Shown here in pieces: positions 12,450-24,263 of a stretch of 34,830 bases of DNA. Made by a program: the position numbers and the translations under genes. Numbering within the stretch: position 1 is the first letter of the stretch; every line of letters begins with the position of its first letter. The DNA is taken from assembly GCF_004010195.1 (NCBI RefSeq), contig NC_057719.1, positions 66,237,049 through 66,271,878 on the forward strand, written 5' to 3'. The stretch comes from Chiloscyllium plagiosum. Its lineage: Eukaryota. The notes beneath the pieces were generated by a model. That model was not told the DNA's origin. It did not search any database and saw only the letters and a list, made by a program, of their open reading frames with translations.

Positions 12450-12792
12450 CTGCCAATAGAACACAGCTATAATCAACTCAGGAGTTTCAAAAACAATATT
12501 ACAAAAAAATTCAGCAATGTAGCACTTCACAAAAAGTAACTGATACAGACATGTATTTGACAGCATTTGGTGAAATGCTAAAATACACAATCTCAAAAGT
12601 TACAGTCCTGATTTTTAAAAATTAATCAGTGTTTGGCTCATTACATTAAACCATAATTCAAAAACAGAGGTAATTTTACTTTTATGGAAATAATAAATTC
12701 ATGTAATAAAACTTAACAGAGAAAACAGATCAAAACATTCAGCTGCTGCAAGATGAAAATAAATGTGCTTGAAAGACTCAACAGGTCAGTCA

Positions 12793-13044
<252 letters not shown>

Positions 13045-13104
13045 CTATAGATTTGGAGTCTTCTCTTTTTTAATACTAAATGGAGAGAAACTTTACTAAG
13101 TGTT

Positions 13105-13225
13105 AGGTTAGAGAGGTGCTGGAAAAGCACAGCAGTTCAGGCAGCATCCAAGGAACAGTAAAATTGACGTTTCGGGCAAAAGCCCTTCATCAGGAATACA
13201 GGCAGAGAGCCTGAAGGGTGGAGGG
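13105..13225 (-). mobile_element. Penelope-derived terminal fragment carrying an intact minimal hammerhead motif
   Basis: Shares gtgctggaaaagcacagcag..caggcagcatcc with the other copies; contains the core at 13166-13193. Confidence 0.8.
13166..13193 (-). ncRNA. Minimal type I hammerhead ribozyme motif (PLE type)
   Basis: Minus RNA CUGAUGA-A-GGGC-UUUU-GCCC-GAAA-CGUC: both conserved boxes, 4-bp stem II, palindromic ACGU stem III and GUC cleavage triplet. Activity is not demonstrated. Confidence 0.7.
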
Positions 13226-13377
13226 ATCTCTTAACTTACCTGGCTTTTTTTCCCTCTTTTACATTAATTGTGTAGCATGGGTGTCCAACATTTATAGCAC
13301 TTTTTGTCCCTTTGTGAACTGAAATCTGAAGATTTTTATTGTGATTAATGTACAATACAGTCATCATATTGCTTTAC

Positions 13378-13456
13378 CTGTTGAATCTTCTTGCAACCCA
13401 ACATCAAAAGCAAGTTTGTCCGTTGAAGACCTTGATGTAGTCAAGCAAGTCAAATA
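13378..13456 (-). CDS. RYR3: RyR exon: [26 protein letters not shown](G)
   Basis: ttcttttttcctag|TAT...ACAG|gtaaag; 79 nt, phase 0-1. Confidence 0.97.
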
Positions 13457-13714
13457 CTAGGAAAAAAGAATTTTACATATTTTAAAATTAATGTGCATTA
13501 TCAGTTCATTAAAAATCAAAAGCTGAAATAGCTCTCAGAAAGTAGACAGGTAAGTACCTAAAATATTTATTACTTTTACTTTGCTTGAATGCATATACAC
13601 ACCAGCAGAACAGAAAAATATAAATGTGAAAAAACTTATCTGATGTGCTATTCACTCTAGTGTTGTTTCAGATGTTTTATATGATTTGCAAACTCTGAAG
13701 CATTGTTTTTATTC

Positions 13715-14025
13715 ATTCATTTGAGTGGGCATTTACTGCCCATTCCTAATTGCCCCGAGGGCAGTGAAGAGTCAACCACATTGCTGCAGGCCTGGAGTCA
13801 CATGTAGGCCAGACCAGGTAAGGATGGCAGTTTCTTTCCCTAAAGAACATTAGTGAATCAGATGGGTTTTTCTGACAATTGACAGTTGATTCGTGGTCAT
13901 TAGACTCTTAATTCCAGACTTTTCTTTTGTTGAATTCAAAAATTCACCATGGCAGGATTTGAACCTGAGTCCTGGAACCTTATCTGTGTTCTGGATTTAC
14001 AGTCAAACAATAAAACCATTAGGCT
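13715..14025 (-). mobile_element. Second tRNA-derived SINE family
   Basis: Minus B box ggttcaaatcc; shared body agtcaaccacattgctg...gtaggccagacc also at 16865-17213 and 31770-32083. Confidence 0.75.
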
Positions 14026-15020
14026 GTTACTTCTCTGTACTGCATTACATACAGTAGATATATAATACTGCAGATCATTAGTCTACTGTCTTGAAATACT
14101 AACAATCCTTTTTCATATTCGGAGATATAGAAACAGGAATAGACTGATCCACCCCTTGATTCTGTTCTGACATTCAATGAGAACATGGTTGATTTGAAAT
14201 TCAATTCCAGTTATAATCATGGGTGACACCTGCCTAAATATTCTTCCCTTGTGAATCTATTGGAATCTATTTGCATTTGACCTAGTGGAAAGGGTTCAAG
14301 GTTTACACAATTCCTAACATGAGAAAATGTTCTTGACATCACCATCAATGACATTAATCAGCTTTAAGGTTGTGCTGCCTTACTCTCAACTACACCAACA
14401 AAGGTAAGTATCTTCAGAACAGCAACAGCAAAACAGGATAAAGAGAATGGACATTTACTAGTTATATTTCTCATTGTACCTGCCTCCACCTATTCCCATC
14501 TCCAGCTCGTTAATCTTAAAATCCTTGATCTTGTTTAACAATGACTCATTTCATCCTCTTCTGTCATCTCCTCCAGCCCATTTAACTCATATCCGGCATC
14601 TTTCAGTGTGTGTGGATTAATGTGTGTTTCCCTCTACTGGATCATTGGTAGCAAAACCAGTTAGGCATTTTACTCCCACAACTTGGATTACTGTTTCTGA
14701 ACCCTTCACTGTGCTACACATCATCTCCAAACATGTATTTGGCCACTTTGTCTAAATCACTCACAGTTCCTATGTGGGTTTCAGATCCTTCCTCTCTCAA
14801 GTACCTTGGAATATTTGGTTTGTTTGCATAATAAATCATTGAAATCATAAAACAAAAAGAAACCTTTACAAAACAGTATTCTAGGGTCAGGTGAGGGAAG
14901 AGGGAAATACCTCTGTCCTTCCTGTTGGCTTTGCAAAACATAAACAAAGCATTAGTCTCTGTATATGTTGCATTTGAATGAAAATATTACAATTAATCTC
15001 ATTCACGTCTCTATACTTAC

Positions 15021-15095
15021 CATTCCACTGTACGCATGCCGGAGAAGAATAGCATGACCATAAAGAAGAGTTCTGTGGCCACCTCCCTGAGCTGC
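15021..15095 (-). CDS. RYR3: RyR exon: [25 protein letters not shown]
   Basis: tctttatttatag|GCA...ATG|gtaagt; 75 nt; conserved [17 protein letters not shown]. Confidence 0.97.
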
Positions 15096-15585
15096 CTATA
15101 AATAAAGAGAATATTAGTTTCCAACCAATTTACTAAATGCCTGTGATTTAAATCACACAGTGAGGATGATGGCTGCTAGAAAGTGCTCCTGATTCTGCAT
15201 GAAAATTAGTTCAGTGACTAGACATTAAGAATAATTGATCCAGGTGGGGTAATCTGCTTTAACCAGTGGTATTAAATGGAACTTTGCAAAGTACTATAAT
15301 AAATTAGATAGAGTTATTACAATCAGGAACTGGAGAGTACTGTAGTAAAAGAAAACAAAAGAGTTTAAAATCAAGTGTTAAAATGACAAACCATTAAAGC
15401 TCACAATTGTTAATTTCCAACTAATAATCCAGAAAAAAATACCAGTTTTCAAGATTGAATTGCATCCGTTACTAATGAAATTAGATAAGCCAAAAGCAAG
15501 TTGCTTCCTAGCTAATAATTTTTACAGTTATATCAAATATAGAACTATAATGTATGCTCATGGGTAAACCTAGAGATTTAGGGTC

Positions 15586-15897
15586 GGGCGGCACGGTTTC
15601 TCAGTGGTTAGCACTGCTGCCTCACAGCGCCAGGGATCCGGATTCAATTCCAGCCTCGGGCAACTGTCTGTGTGGAGTTTGTACATTCTCCCCATGTCTG
15701 CGTGGGTTTGCTCCAGTTTCCTTCCACAGTCCAAAGATGTGCAGGTCAGGTGAATTGTCCATGCTAAATTGCCCATAGTGATAGGTGCATTAGTAGGGAG
15801 TAGGGGAAACAGATCTGGGTGTGTTACACTTCGGAGGGTCGGCATGGACTTGTTGGGCCGAAGGGCCTGTTTCCACACTGTAGGGAATTTAATCTAA
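15586..15897 (+). mobile_element. tRNA-derived SINE (HE1/V-SINE-like), full length
   Basis: gggcggcacgg...cagtggttagcactgctgcctcacagcgccaggga head through gggccgaagggcctgtttccacactg tail. Confidence 0.9.
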
Positions 15898-16864
15898 CCA
15901 TTTCTCTGTATTAAACAGTCACTTAACAAGCAATATCAATGAACAGATTTCAGACTTTTGAAAGGGTTAAGGGTTACAGAGGATAGGCAACAAAGTGCAG
16001 TCCAAACACATCCAATCGTGTGATGACATTGATGTGGACTAATGCTTGTCAAAAGCCTGGCCAACGGCATAACTCACCTCATTAAAATTCAATTCACAAA
16101 ATGTTCTGAACAAGTCAAATGTTAGGAAAATTGACAAGGAAGTCAGAGTGGCAGATTCCATGCTGGAAACCAGACAGCAATATCCCAAAGTAGGTTCCAT
16201 GGACACTAGCCACACACACACCCCTGACCACAGACACTGGCATCCAGCATGTCCCAACCTAATGAACACTCATGGTACATCTCTGTTCCAGTTGCAGGCC
16301 ACTTATATACTTCAATGCTGCACCAGCAACTATCATTGTAACGTTGCTGTAAGAACACTGTACACTCAGAGACCAGCTCATGGACTAGACCAAGCTGTAT
16401 CACTGGACTTTTCAGTCACTGTCATAGCACTCACTCACTCTGACCTTAACTCAATGCTCACAATATCCATGCTTTGCACTGCCTTGCCATATCATTCAGA
16501 GATAACAGGCTCATATTCCTGCTCTCTTTATGAACAAACTGAATCAATTGAACCTTTGCTCGGGGTTCTGGCACAATTAGTGCAATCACTGATAGCCTTC
16601 TAGGCCCCGCATGGAGTAGTCAGTCCTCATAAAGGAGCTGAATGACAGCGGCATACGACCCATCATGACCCTTTCTGCCCTATTGTGGACTGTTTTCCTT
16701 ATAGAATGCAAGAATGTCAGTTATTATAGAAGATGAAAGTGGATGGCACAGGTATTACTGGTGGTGCAGATAGGAAGGTGTCCTGAAGAAGGGTTAGTAG
16801 CATCAGGATTGAATTGGGTGAAAGCAAGTGAGGAAGATGTTGTCAGTAATAATTGAGAGTTTTT

Positions 16865-17213
16865 TTAATTCACTCAGGGGATGTGGGTGTCTCTGGCCAG
16901 ATCAGCACTTATTGCTCATCCCTAATCGCCCAGAGGGCAGTTAAGAGTAAACCACATTGCTGTAGATCTGCAGTCACAGGTAGGCCAGATATCCTTCCCT
17001 AATGGACATTAGTGAACCAGATGAGCTTCGCCCGACAATTGACAGTGATTTCATGGTCATCATTACACCCTTAATTCCAGATTCCTTTATTTAAAAAAAA
17101 ATGCATTCAAATTCACCACTTATCGTATGAGGATTTGAACTCAGGTCCCCAGACTATCAACAGAGTTTCTGTACTAATAGTCTAGTGATAACACCAGTAG
17201 GCCATTGCCTCCC
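16865..17213 (-). mobile_element. Second tRNA-derived SINE family copy
   Basis: Minus head ggaggcaatggcctactggtgttatc, B-box-like gagttcaaatcc; body similar to 13715-14025. Confidence 0.75.
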
Positions 17214-17319
17214 CTAGTAGTAGAGTAGTAAAGCATGAGCCTTGGTGGAAACGGAGTACGGAAGCCAAGACAGAGTGAGTGTGAAGTGTGTGAGAGAAGA
17301 TAGCAGCATTTATGCTGAT

Positions 17320-17520
17320 AGAGTGAAGAAGGATATTGACCTTCTCCCTACTGTGTTGGTCATTCCTCCAGAGTGCTGACAGTGTTCTAATCTTGGTCAC
17401 AACCTCAGACCAAGTGACGCTTCCTCCACTGCCAGGGAAGAGAAAGTCCAGTTTGTGCATTACCCTGTCCTAGGATCTCCAAGACCTGCCCGCAAAGCAG
17501 AGTGCTGATTTCACTCAGTC
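17320..17520 (-). mobile_element. Probable decayed Myb/SANT-like coding remnant (PIF/Harbinger-type ORF)
   Basis: Translation LFPGSGGSVTWSEVVTKIRTLSALWRNDQHSREKVNILLHS fits the W-x-E-V...R...Q-C-R-K-K-x-N-D-L pattern; a similar remnant is at 31092-31205. Confidence 0.4.
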
Positions 17521-18212
17521 TGCCAAGTCCAAGGCAAATGCTAGGAACTGCGCAGGCAGCTCCAGTTGATGACACTTGCTCAGGTGCACAATGGCCTTTT
17601 CAAGACGCTGCAGGAATAAGAGATGCCAGTTTAGGGATTTTGGGATGTTTGAGTAGCGAGTTGTAACTTGAAACAGCATGTGGTAAGGTGAGGTGAAAAT
17701 CGGACTTGAGAGACACCATGGGGTGAGGTAGGTAATTAATGAGATGAGTTTAGCAAAATATGAGGAAGTCTCCAAAAAACTTGGACGTCACTCAAATTTA
17801 ACAAAAAAAATGTAAGATTCAGCCCTACATCTTTGTCCCCTCACTGTCTAAAATTAATTTGATATTCAAAGTTTATAGAATACATTAAACAATTGTATTA
17901 TTAATGTAGTCTGGTCTTGGTTTTTCTTTCTCGCACACACAATTATTATTTTCAAGTAGAAAGAATGATTAAATCTTTAGAAATTCATCTTGCTTTCCTG
18001 ATAATAACCGAGAATGGAAGGTAAAATATATTTTATTGAAAATTGTGAGGAATAACATATCATTTGACCATGCTGTCGATGCTCTCTAGGAAGCTGTGTA
18101 CACTTCCTGTTGCTGAATTTTCACAGTTTTATATTCATGTACTTTATATTATAATTTTAAAAGTTCCTGCTGTTTTACTGTTAAACTCTGCTTCTTTTAG
18201 TTTTATTTCAAC

Positions 18213-19158
18213 AGACAATAGACAATAGGTGCAGGAGTAGGCCATTCTGTAGGATGGCTGATCATCCTCAATCAGTATCCTGTTCCTGCCTTATCTCCAT
18301 AACCCTTGATTCCACTATCCTTGAGAGCTCTATCCAACTCTTTCTTAAACGAATCCAGAGACTGGGCCTCCACTGCCTTCTGGGGCAGAGCATTCCGCAC
18401 ACCCACCACTCTCTGGATGAAGAAGTTTCTCCTCATCTCTGTCCTAAATGGCCTACCCCTTATTCTTAAGCTGTGTCCTCTGGTTCGGGACTCACCCATC
18501 AGCAGAAACATGTTTCCTGCCNNNNNNNNNNNNNNNNNNNNNNNNNNNNNNNNNNNNNNNNNNNNNNNNNNNNNNNNNNNNNNNNNNNNNNNNNNNNNNN
18601 NNNNNNNNNNNNNNNNNNNNNNNNNNNNNNNNNNNNNNNNNNNNNNNNNNNNNNNNNNNNNNNNNNNNNNNNNNNNNNNNNNNNNNNNNNNNNNNNNNNN
18701 NNNNNNNNNNNNNNNNNNNNNNNNNNNNNNNNNNNNNNNNNNNNNNNNNNNNNNNNNNNNNNNNNNNNNNNNNNNNNNNNNNNNNNNNNNNNNNNNNNNN
18801 NNNNNNNNNNNNNNNNNNNNNNNNNNNNNNNNNNNNNNNNNNNNNNNNNNNNNNNNNNNNNNNNNNNNNNNNNNNNNNNNNNNNNNNNNNNNNNNNNNNN
18901 NNNNNNNNNNNNNNNNNNNNNNNNNNNNNNNNNNNNNNNNNNNNNNNNNNNNNNNNNNNNNNNNNNNNNNNNNNNNNNNNNNNNNNNNNNNNNNNNNNNN
19001 NNNNNNNNNNNNNNNNCTAACATCCTCCTCACATTTCACCCTGCCACCCAGCTTTGTATCATCAGCAAATTTGCTAATGCTACTATTAATACCATCTTCT
19101 ATATCATTAATATATATTGTAAAAAGCTGCGGTCCCAGCACTGATCCCTGCAGTACCA
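18213..19158 (-). mobile_element. Young 5'-truncated CR1 LINE (RT C-terminus and 3' end) spanning an assembly gap
   Basis: [16 protein letters not shown]...[13 protein letters not shown] motifs; SRTRGHSLRIRG...RRNFFIQRVV..WN-like C-terminus; (ctattgt)n-type tail. Confidence 0.92.
18522..19016. other. Assembly gap (495 N)
   Basis: Run of N. Confidence 0.99.
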
Positions 19159-20758
19159 GGGTATAGTATCTGGGCATCCCAGCTTTTGTTGCTCATCCCC
19201 ACTCTGTTTTATCTCAGACTCAAAGTCATCCACTCAGTTTGCACTTTGATTTTGTCATCTTGCTGGTTGCTTTCAACTGTCTCCCCTCTGTTTTTGGTCA
19301 CCTTCAATCCTGGCTCCTTCTTCTGTGCTCGCTCTATGTTCAGTCCCCACTGCTCAGCACTGATCAATGGTGTTTCTCCCGTTTGAGTTGAGAATTGAAT
19401 CCACCTCTGCCCTCTGAGAGAACATGGCTGCTCCAAGCAGAGAAAATATTCTTATACAACACTCTTGCCTGGGCAATTATCCGTCTCTGCCTCCCATCTC
19501 CCTCAAAACAAAGACCTTCTTCCCCTTTGCCCCCATTCAGCAGGACATGTTCAACACTCATTGGAGAGATGAGATAGGTAATTTGATTTATCATTAAAGA
19601 TTTCACTTCATTTCACGGGATCAAAGAAAGGAAACACAGCGACACTTTTGCTAGGGAAAAAGGAAACACTGGCTGCATTTTGTTTTAAAAATGATCACCC
19701 ATGGGACATGGACGTCGCTGGCTGGGCCAGCATTTATTGCTCATCCTTAGTTGTCATTGCGAAGGAGGTGGTCTTCTTGAGTTACTTATGTCCGTGTGAT
19801 TGCATCTAAATTACAAGAAAGGTGACCTATCAAAGGGAGAGTTGTACTGCTGATTATTAATTTCCTTTACAATATAGACCAAGGTCCAAGCAAAATATGA
19901 ATCAGACTACAGCTTTCTATTCATTTTTGACATCACGCTTCACATCTGACGAGTTGACACTTTTTGCGCACAAAACCCTTTGCCCTGCTTCATATGTAGT
20001 ATCCCAAAAGGCATGTGCTATGGTTCCAGATATCATGCTTTGCTTCCAGATGCCTTAATGATCAGATACAGAAGGAAAGAAAAGGAAGCAAGTCCTGCAT
20101 TTTGGATCCCACTTGCTCATGTGAGTTCCTGCTCCACATGTTCAAAGAACACATTGGAAGCCGTGGCAGAAACACAAATCGCAGAGCAATGTCATCGGTT
20201 TAGGAGGAGGGGCTTGAGGCATTGGGATGGAGGAGCCCAGATCCAGGTCCCTGGCAGAGCTAGAAGTGGGAGCTGTTCCAAAAACCACCTAACGTTACTG
20301 AAAAGACTATAAGATGAACTTTTTAAACTTTTTCTTGCTTTATATTCTGTGTTTTGGTTATTTTCTGTGCTTTAAGATGGCACTGGAGAATGGCGACATT
20401 AAATAACACTTTTCACTGTATTGGTAATAAATATGAGACAGTAAATAATTCAAATCAAATATTCTTCCAATTGAGGGGCAGCCAACAATGCCAGGCCTAA
20501 ATTGAAATGTTCATTCTTGTTTTCCAATGAGAATTGCTATTTATCTATTCAAACAGAGAAAGATAGGCTTTGACTTCCACTTTTTCATGCAGAGGTGATG
20601 AACTATTCTTGTTAATAGGATATTTATGACTTGTTGGCTGGAATATTTCCATCATTTTGTAGCTGGAAGGGATTGAGAAACTAAGTGCAGATGCAGCTCA
20701 TAGGTAACTGGTATTGATTTGAAAAGGACTATAAGTTGAAAATGAGAGATTGACTTAC

Positions 20759-20773
20759 CTTTTTCATAAACTT
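20759..20773 (-). CDS. RYR3: 15-nt microexon KFMKK (equivalent of RYR2 exon 5, KFMMK)
   Basis: Minus strand tttgatctttcctgctttctag|AAGTTTATGAAAAAG|gtaagt; strong splice sites, phase 0-0, 4/5 identity to RYR2 KFMMK. Confidence 0.88.
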
Positions 20774-22313
20774 CTAGAAAGCAGGAAAGATCAAAGTAAA
20801 TAAAATAGATTAATATTAATAATTCAGATTTGCATTTACATCAAGCTGACAATACATGGCAGTCATTTCACCCATTTCAGTCAATCTTTGGATAAAGGTT
20901 ATTACGCTGAGGTACATATAATCTTTAAAAAGTTAGTTCATATAAAACAAAGTTGCAGTAGTAAAGGTGAAGAGATATAATCTTGATTTTGGATTATATT
21001 CTTAAACTTCTATGCAAAATCCAACATTCACTTTGACTGAGTCAAACGAGTTACACCCTAAACCACATAGATAATCAGCTTTCTCGACGCAGAAACATAT
21101 ACTTAAAGTGAAATAATATTCACAGATTGAGAAAACATAGCAACTCACTGTGGCAACCAATTAATCCCATTTCTGACCTTCTAATAGTTTTTTAATAGCG
21201 AGAATTGAGAAGGAAAAAAATCTTCAGCAATTGTCTAATTGTCTCAAGATATGTTGTTTGCCTCTGATTTAGCACACAAGATTCAAGATACAAATATGTA
21301 ATTTATACACTCAACTGTTTTTCTCATACATGCATCAATTTTATATTATTTGGAGCTAATTTGCAAATCTTATGGTAATTAGTTGAGCAGTGAAGTTGGG
21401 TTGATTGGGGCACACTAGTTTCTTTATGGCACAGACTGATGAGTTGGGCACTATGTAACTCAGAACATAGCAGCATCACTGATAATGGTAGCATGAAAAG
21501 TTTATAAAGGTGATTTCTACTCTGAAAGGAATATAATAGATAGTATTTGTGCAAAACATTTTATATACGGGAACAGCACTAGAGTATGTTATGTTAACTA
21601 GTAAAAGATTATGCTTCAAATGAGAAATTAAAGTACTCGCCTATTGAGGCTGATGTGAAAGATCCCAATGGTCTGTTCAATCAACAGCAGGGAATGTTCT
21701 TGATTAACTTCCTCATGACATGTTCCCTAGCAGACTTTTTTTTATTATTTTAAAATCTTGCAGACTGCCTGCCTTCCTTGCTGGTAAAGAAACTGCACTG
21801 GCATTTCAAAAAAAAACCTTTCACTGGAAATCAGTGCATTGAGTTCGCCTCAAGGTGATCAGGAATTATATAAATCCAGATTCCTTCTTCTTTTAATAAG
21901 TGGTATTATTATTTATACAGATATTTGTCCTGCAAACCTGCATATAATTAAACATATGTTGAAAAATTAGTTTGATCGTAAGCTATTTGATGAACAATAG
22001 AAGCAAATATCTAAAGCAAACAAATACTTCTCCGATAATGCATTTATTTACAGAATGCAGCATATCTGCTTTCTGCCTACCAGCCCTATGTTGCAGCAGT
22101 CTCTTGTTGCAAGTGCTCTACTGACTTAAACAATGCTCTTCATGTGTGTATCTTATCAATACAATTAATGCAGCAATTACAACCTTAATGGTGGAGGTAG
22201 TTATTAGTTCTTTGTCTCACTGATATAATTTGCTCCCACCTGCACCTTGGCTTTCTGAGAAGTGGAATACTCCCCTTGCATCTTTCCACAATTAGTGAGT
22301 TATATAGGAAAAA

Positions 22314-22813
22314 NNNNNNNNNNNNNNNNNNNNNNNNNNNNNNNNNNNNNNNNNNNNNNNNNNNNNNNNNNNNNNNNNNNNNNNNNNNNNNNNNNNNNNN
22401 NNNNNNNNNNNNNNNNNNNNNNNNNNNNNNNNNNNNNNNNNNNNNNNNNNNNNNNNNNNNNNNNNNNNNNNNNNNNNNNNNNNNNNNNNNNNNNNNNNNN
22501 NNNNNNNNNNNNNNNNNNNNNNNNNNNNNNNNNNNNNNNNNNNNNNNNNNNNNNNNNNNNNNNNNNNNNNNNNNNNNNNNNNNNNNNNNNNNNNNNNNNN
22601 NNNNNNNNNNNNNNNNNNNNNNNNNNNNNNNNNNNNNNNNNNNNNNNNNNNNNNNNNNNNNNNNNNNNNNNNNNNNNNNNNNNNNNNNNNNNNNNNNNNN
22701 NNNNNNNNNNNNNNNNNNNNNNNNNNNNNNNNNNNNNNNNNNNNNNNNNNNNNNNNNNNNNNNNNNNNNNNNNNNNNNNNNNNNNNNNNNNNNNNNNNNN
22801 NNNNNNNNNNNNN
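22314..22813. other. Assembly gap (500 N) in the intron between the two microexons
   Basis: Run of N. Confidence 0.99.
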
Positions 22814-22998
22814 CACCCACCAGTTCCCCTTGTATAGAGCAAGTGTTGCCCCTCAAAGTCATGCTTCAATTGTACTGAGAATATCGACATTTTGGATTCA
22901 TTACATTGGTAATCCTGGATGCAAAAGAGGGACAATAAGACATAATTTTATGGTGCTATACCTATCACTCAATGGGCACTAAGGTATATTCAGTATTA

Positions 22999-23129
22999 GG
23001 CAAAAGTGAGGACTGCAGATGCTGGAAATCAGAGCCTAGATTAGAGTGGTGCTGGAAAAGCACAGCAGGTCAGGCCGCATCAGAAGAGCATGAAAATCGA
23101 TGTTTCGGGCAAAAGCCCTTCATCAGGAC
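22999..23129 (-). mobile_element. ~130-bp Penelope-derived element with hammerhead motif (core 23099-23126)
   Basis: Minus aaguc-CUGAUGA-A-GGGC-UUUU-GCCC-GAAA-CAUC-gauuu; imperfect TSD ttcagtatta (22989-22998) / ttgagtatta (23130-23139). Confidence 0.82.
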
Positions 23130-24242
23130 TTGAGTATTATACTGATTCAGTTACTATCAAGCATTCCTCACAAGTATTTGGAATGTGTTTCATGCCTCCT
23201 CCATAAACGAATAAGGAACATAGTGCTCGCTTAAGAATCCATCTTTGGAAGTGGCTAGTGATGAGCAAAGCAGCTCGAATTACTGTCCATTTCTATTGGG
23301 ATAGTGATACAAAGAAAATTAAAATGGAAGCACGCTAAACCTATGCTGAGCGATTCCTGATTTAAATGGGCCCTAAAGCTGGCTAATAGTTTGGGGTCTT
23401 ATGGAGATCAGGGCAGCAACCAGAAGTCCTGCTACAACCTATTTCTGGCAGAGAATCTGCATTGAAAGGAAATCCAGACTGCAATCTCTATTCAAATGCA
23501 TTCTTGCTGCACTCCAAGTGAGGCTAGAAAAATAGCAGAGAAATCCAAAGTGTTATTTTCCATTCTACCAAACCATATTGTTATGTGACATAGACTGGTT
23601 CTGCAATGCATTACTTAGTCCAGAAAAACCACAACTTTGAAAAGAAAATGTTAATGTACCAGCAAAAATGTATACAATTGAAACTTTCCCATAATCAACA
23701 CCAGATTATTTGACAAACTTGGCTCATATATCAGAATCCTTAAATCTTGAAAGATTATGAATCAACTGAACATAATATCAAGTAGATGTCATGAAATGCC
23801 CCAATATGCACCGTTGAAGAGCCAAACAAAAAGTTAGCTCTGCCACTGCTATCATCATATGGATTAAGATAAATAATAATAAACTTTCTTCAAATGATGC
23901 ATAAAAACTGCTGGCTCATCATTCTTGCCCTGGATGGCATTATTTGCTTCACTTGCTAAATTCAGTCCAGTAGATTGTTATTTTCTAATAAAATATGTTC
24001 AATATGACCAAAGAATAATTTAATCAGTAAGAGGTTCAATTTTTTTTCAACAAAAAGCACTAACTGTGGAATTGTCCAAATAAACAATTTATAATCTCAT
24101 AATTAAAAAAAAGTTAACATCTACACACGTATGCAAAGGAAACATTAGTGACCATTTTCTTACAAAAATATTTTGAGAGTGCAACTGTTTGACCACATGC
24201 ATGCAGGAGTGGAAAAAAAGTCAGATCAATGAACATACATAC

Positions 24243-24263
24243 CCATTTGGTGAACTCTATTGA
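24243..24263 (-). CDS. RYR3: 21-nt microexon SIEFTKW (equivalent of RYR2 exon 4, QVDVEKW)
   Basis: Minus strand ttcttgtttctctctgctattccttttaacatgctag|TCAATAGAGTTCACCAAATGG|gtatgt; phase 0-0; ends in KW like the RYR2 exon; lies in the expected order. Confidence 0.8.

Noticed and set aside
22185..22935. Long ORFs of 170-300 aa here and at 18272-19177
   Set aside because: Artefacts of translating N runs; only the CR1 flanks of the first gap are real (decayed) coding sequence.
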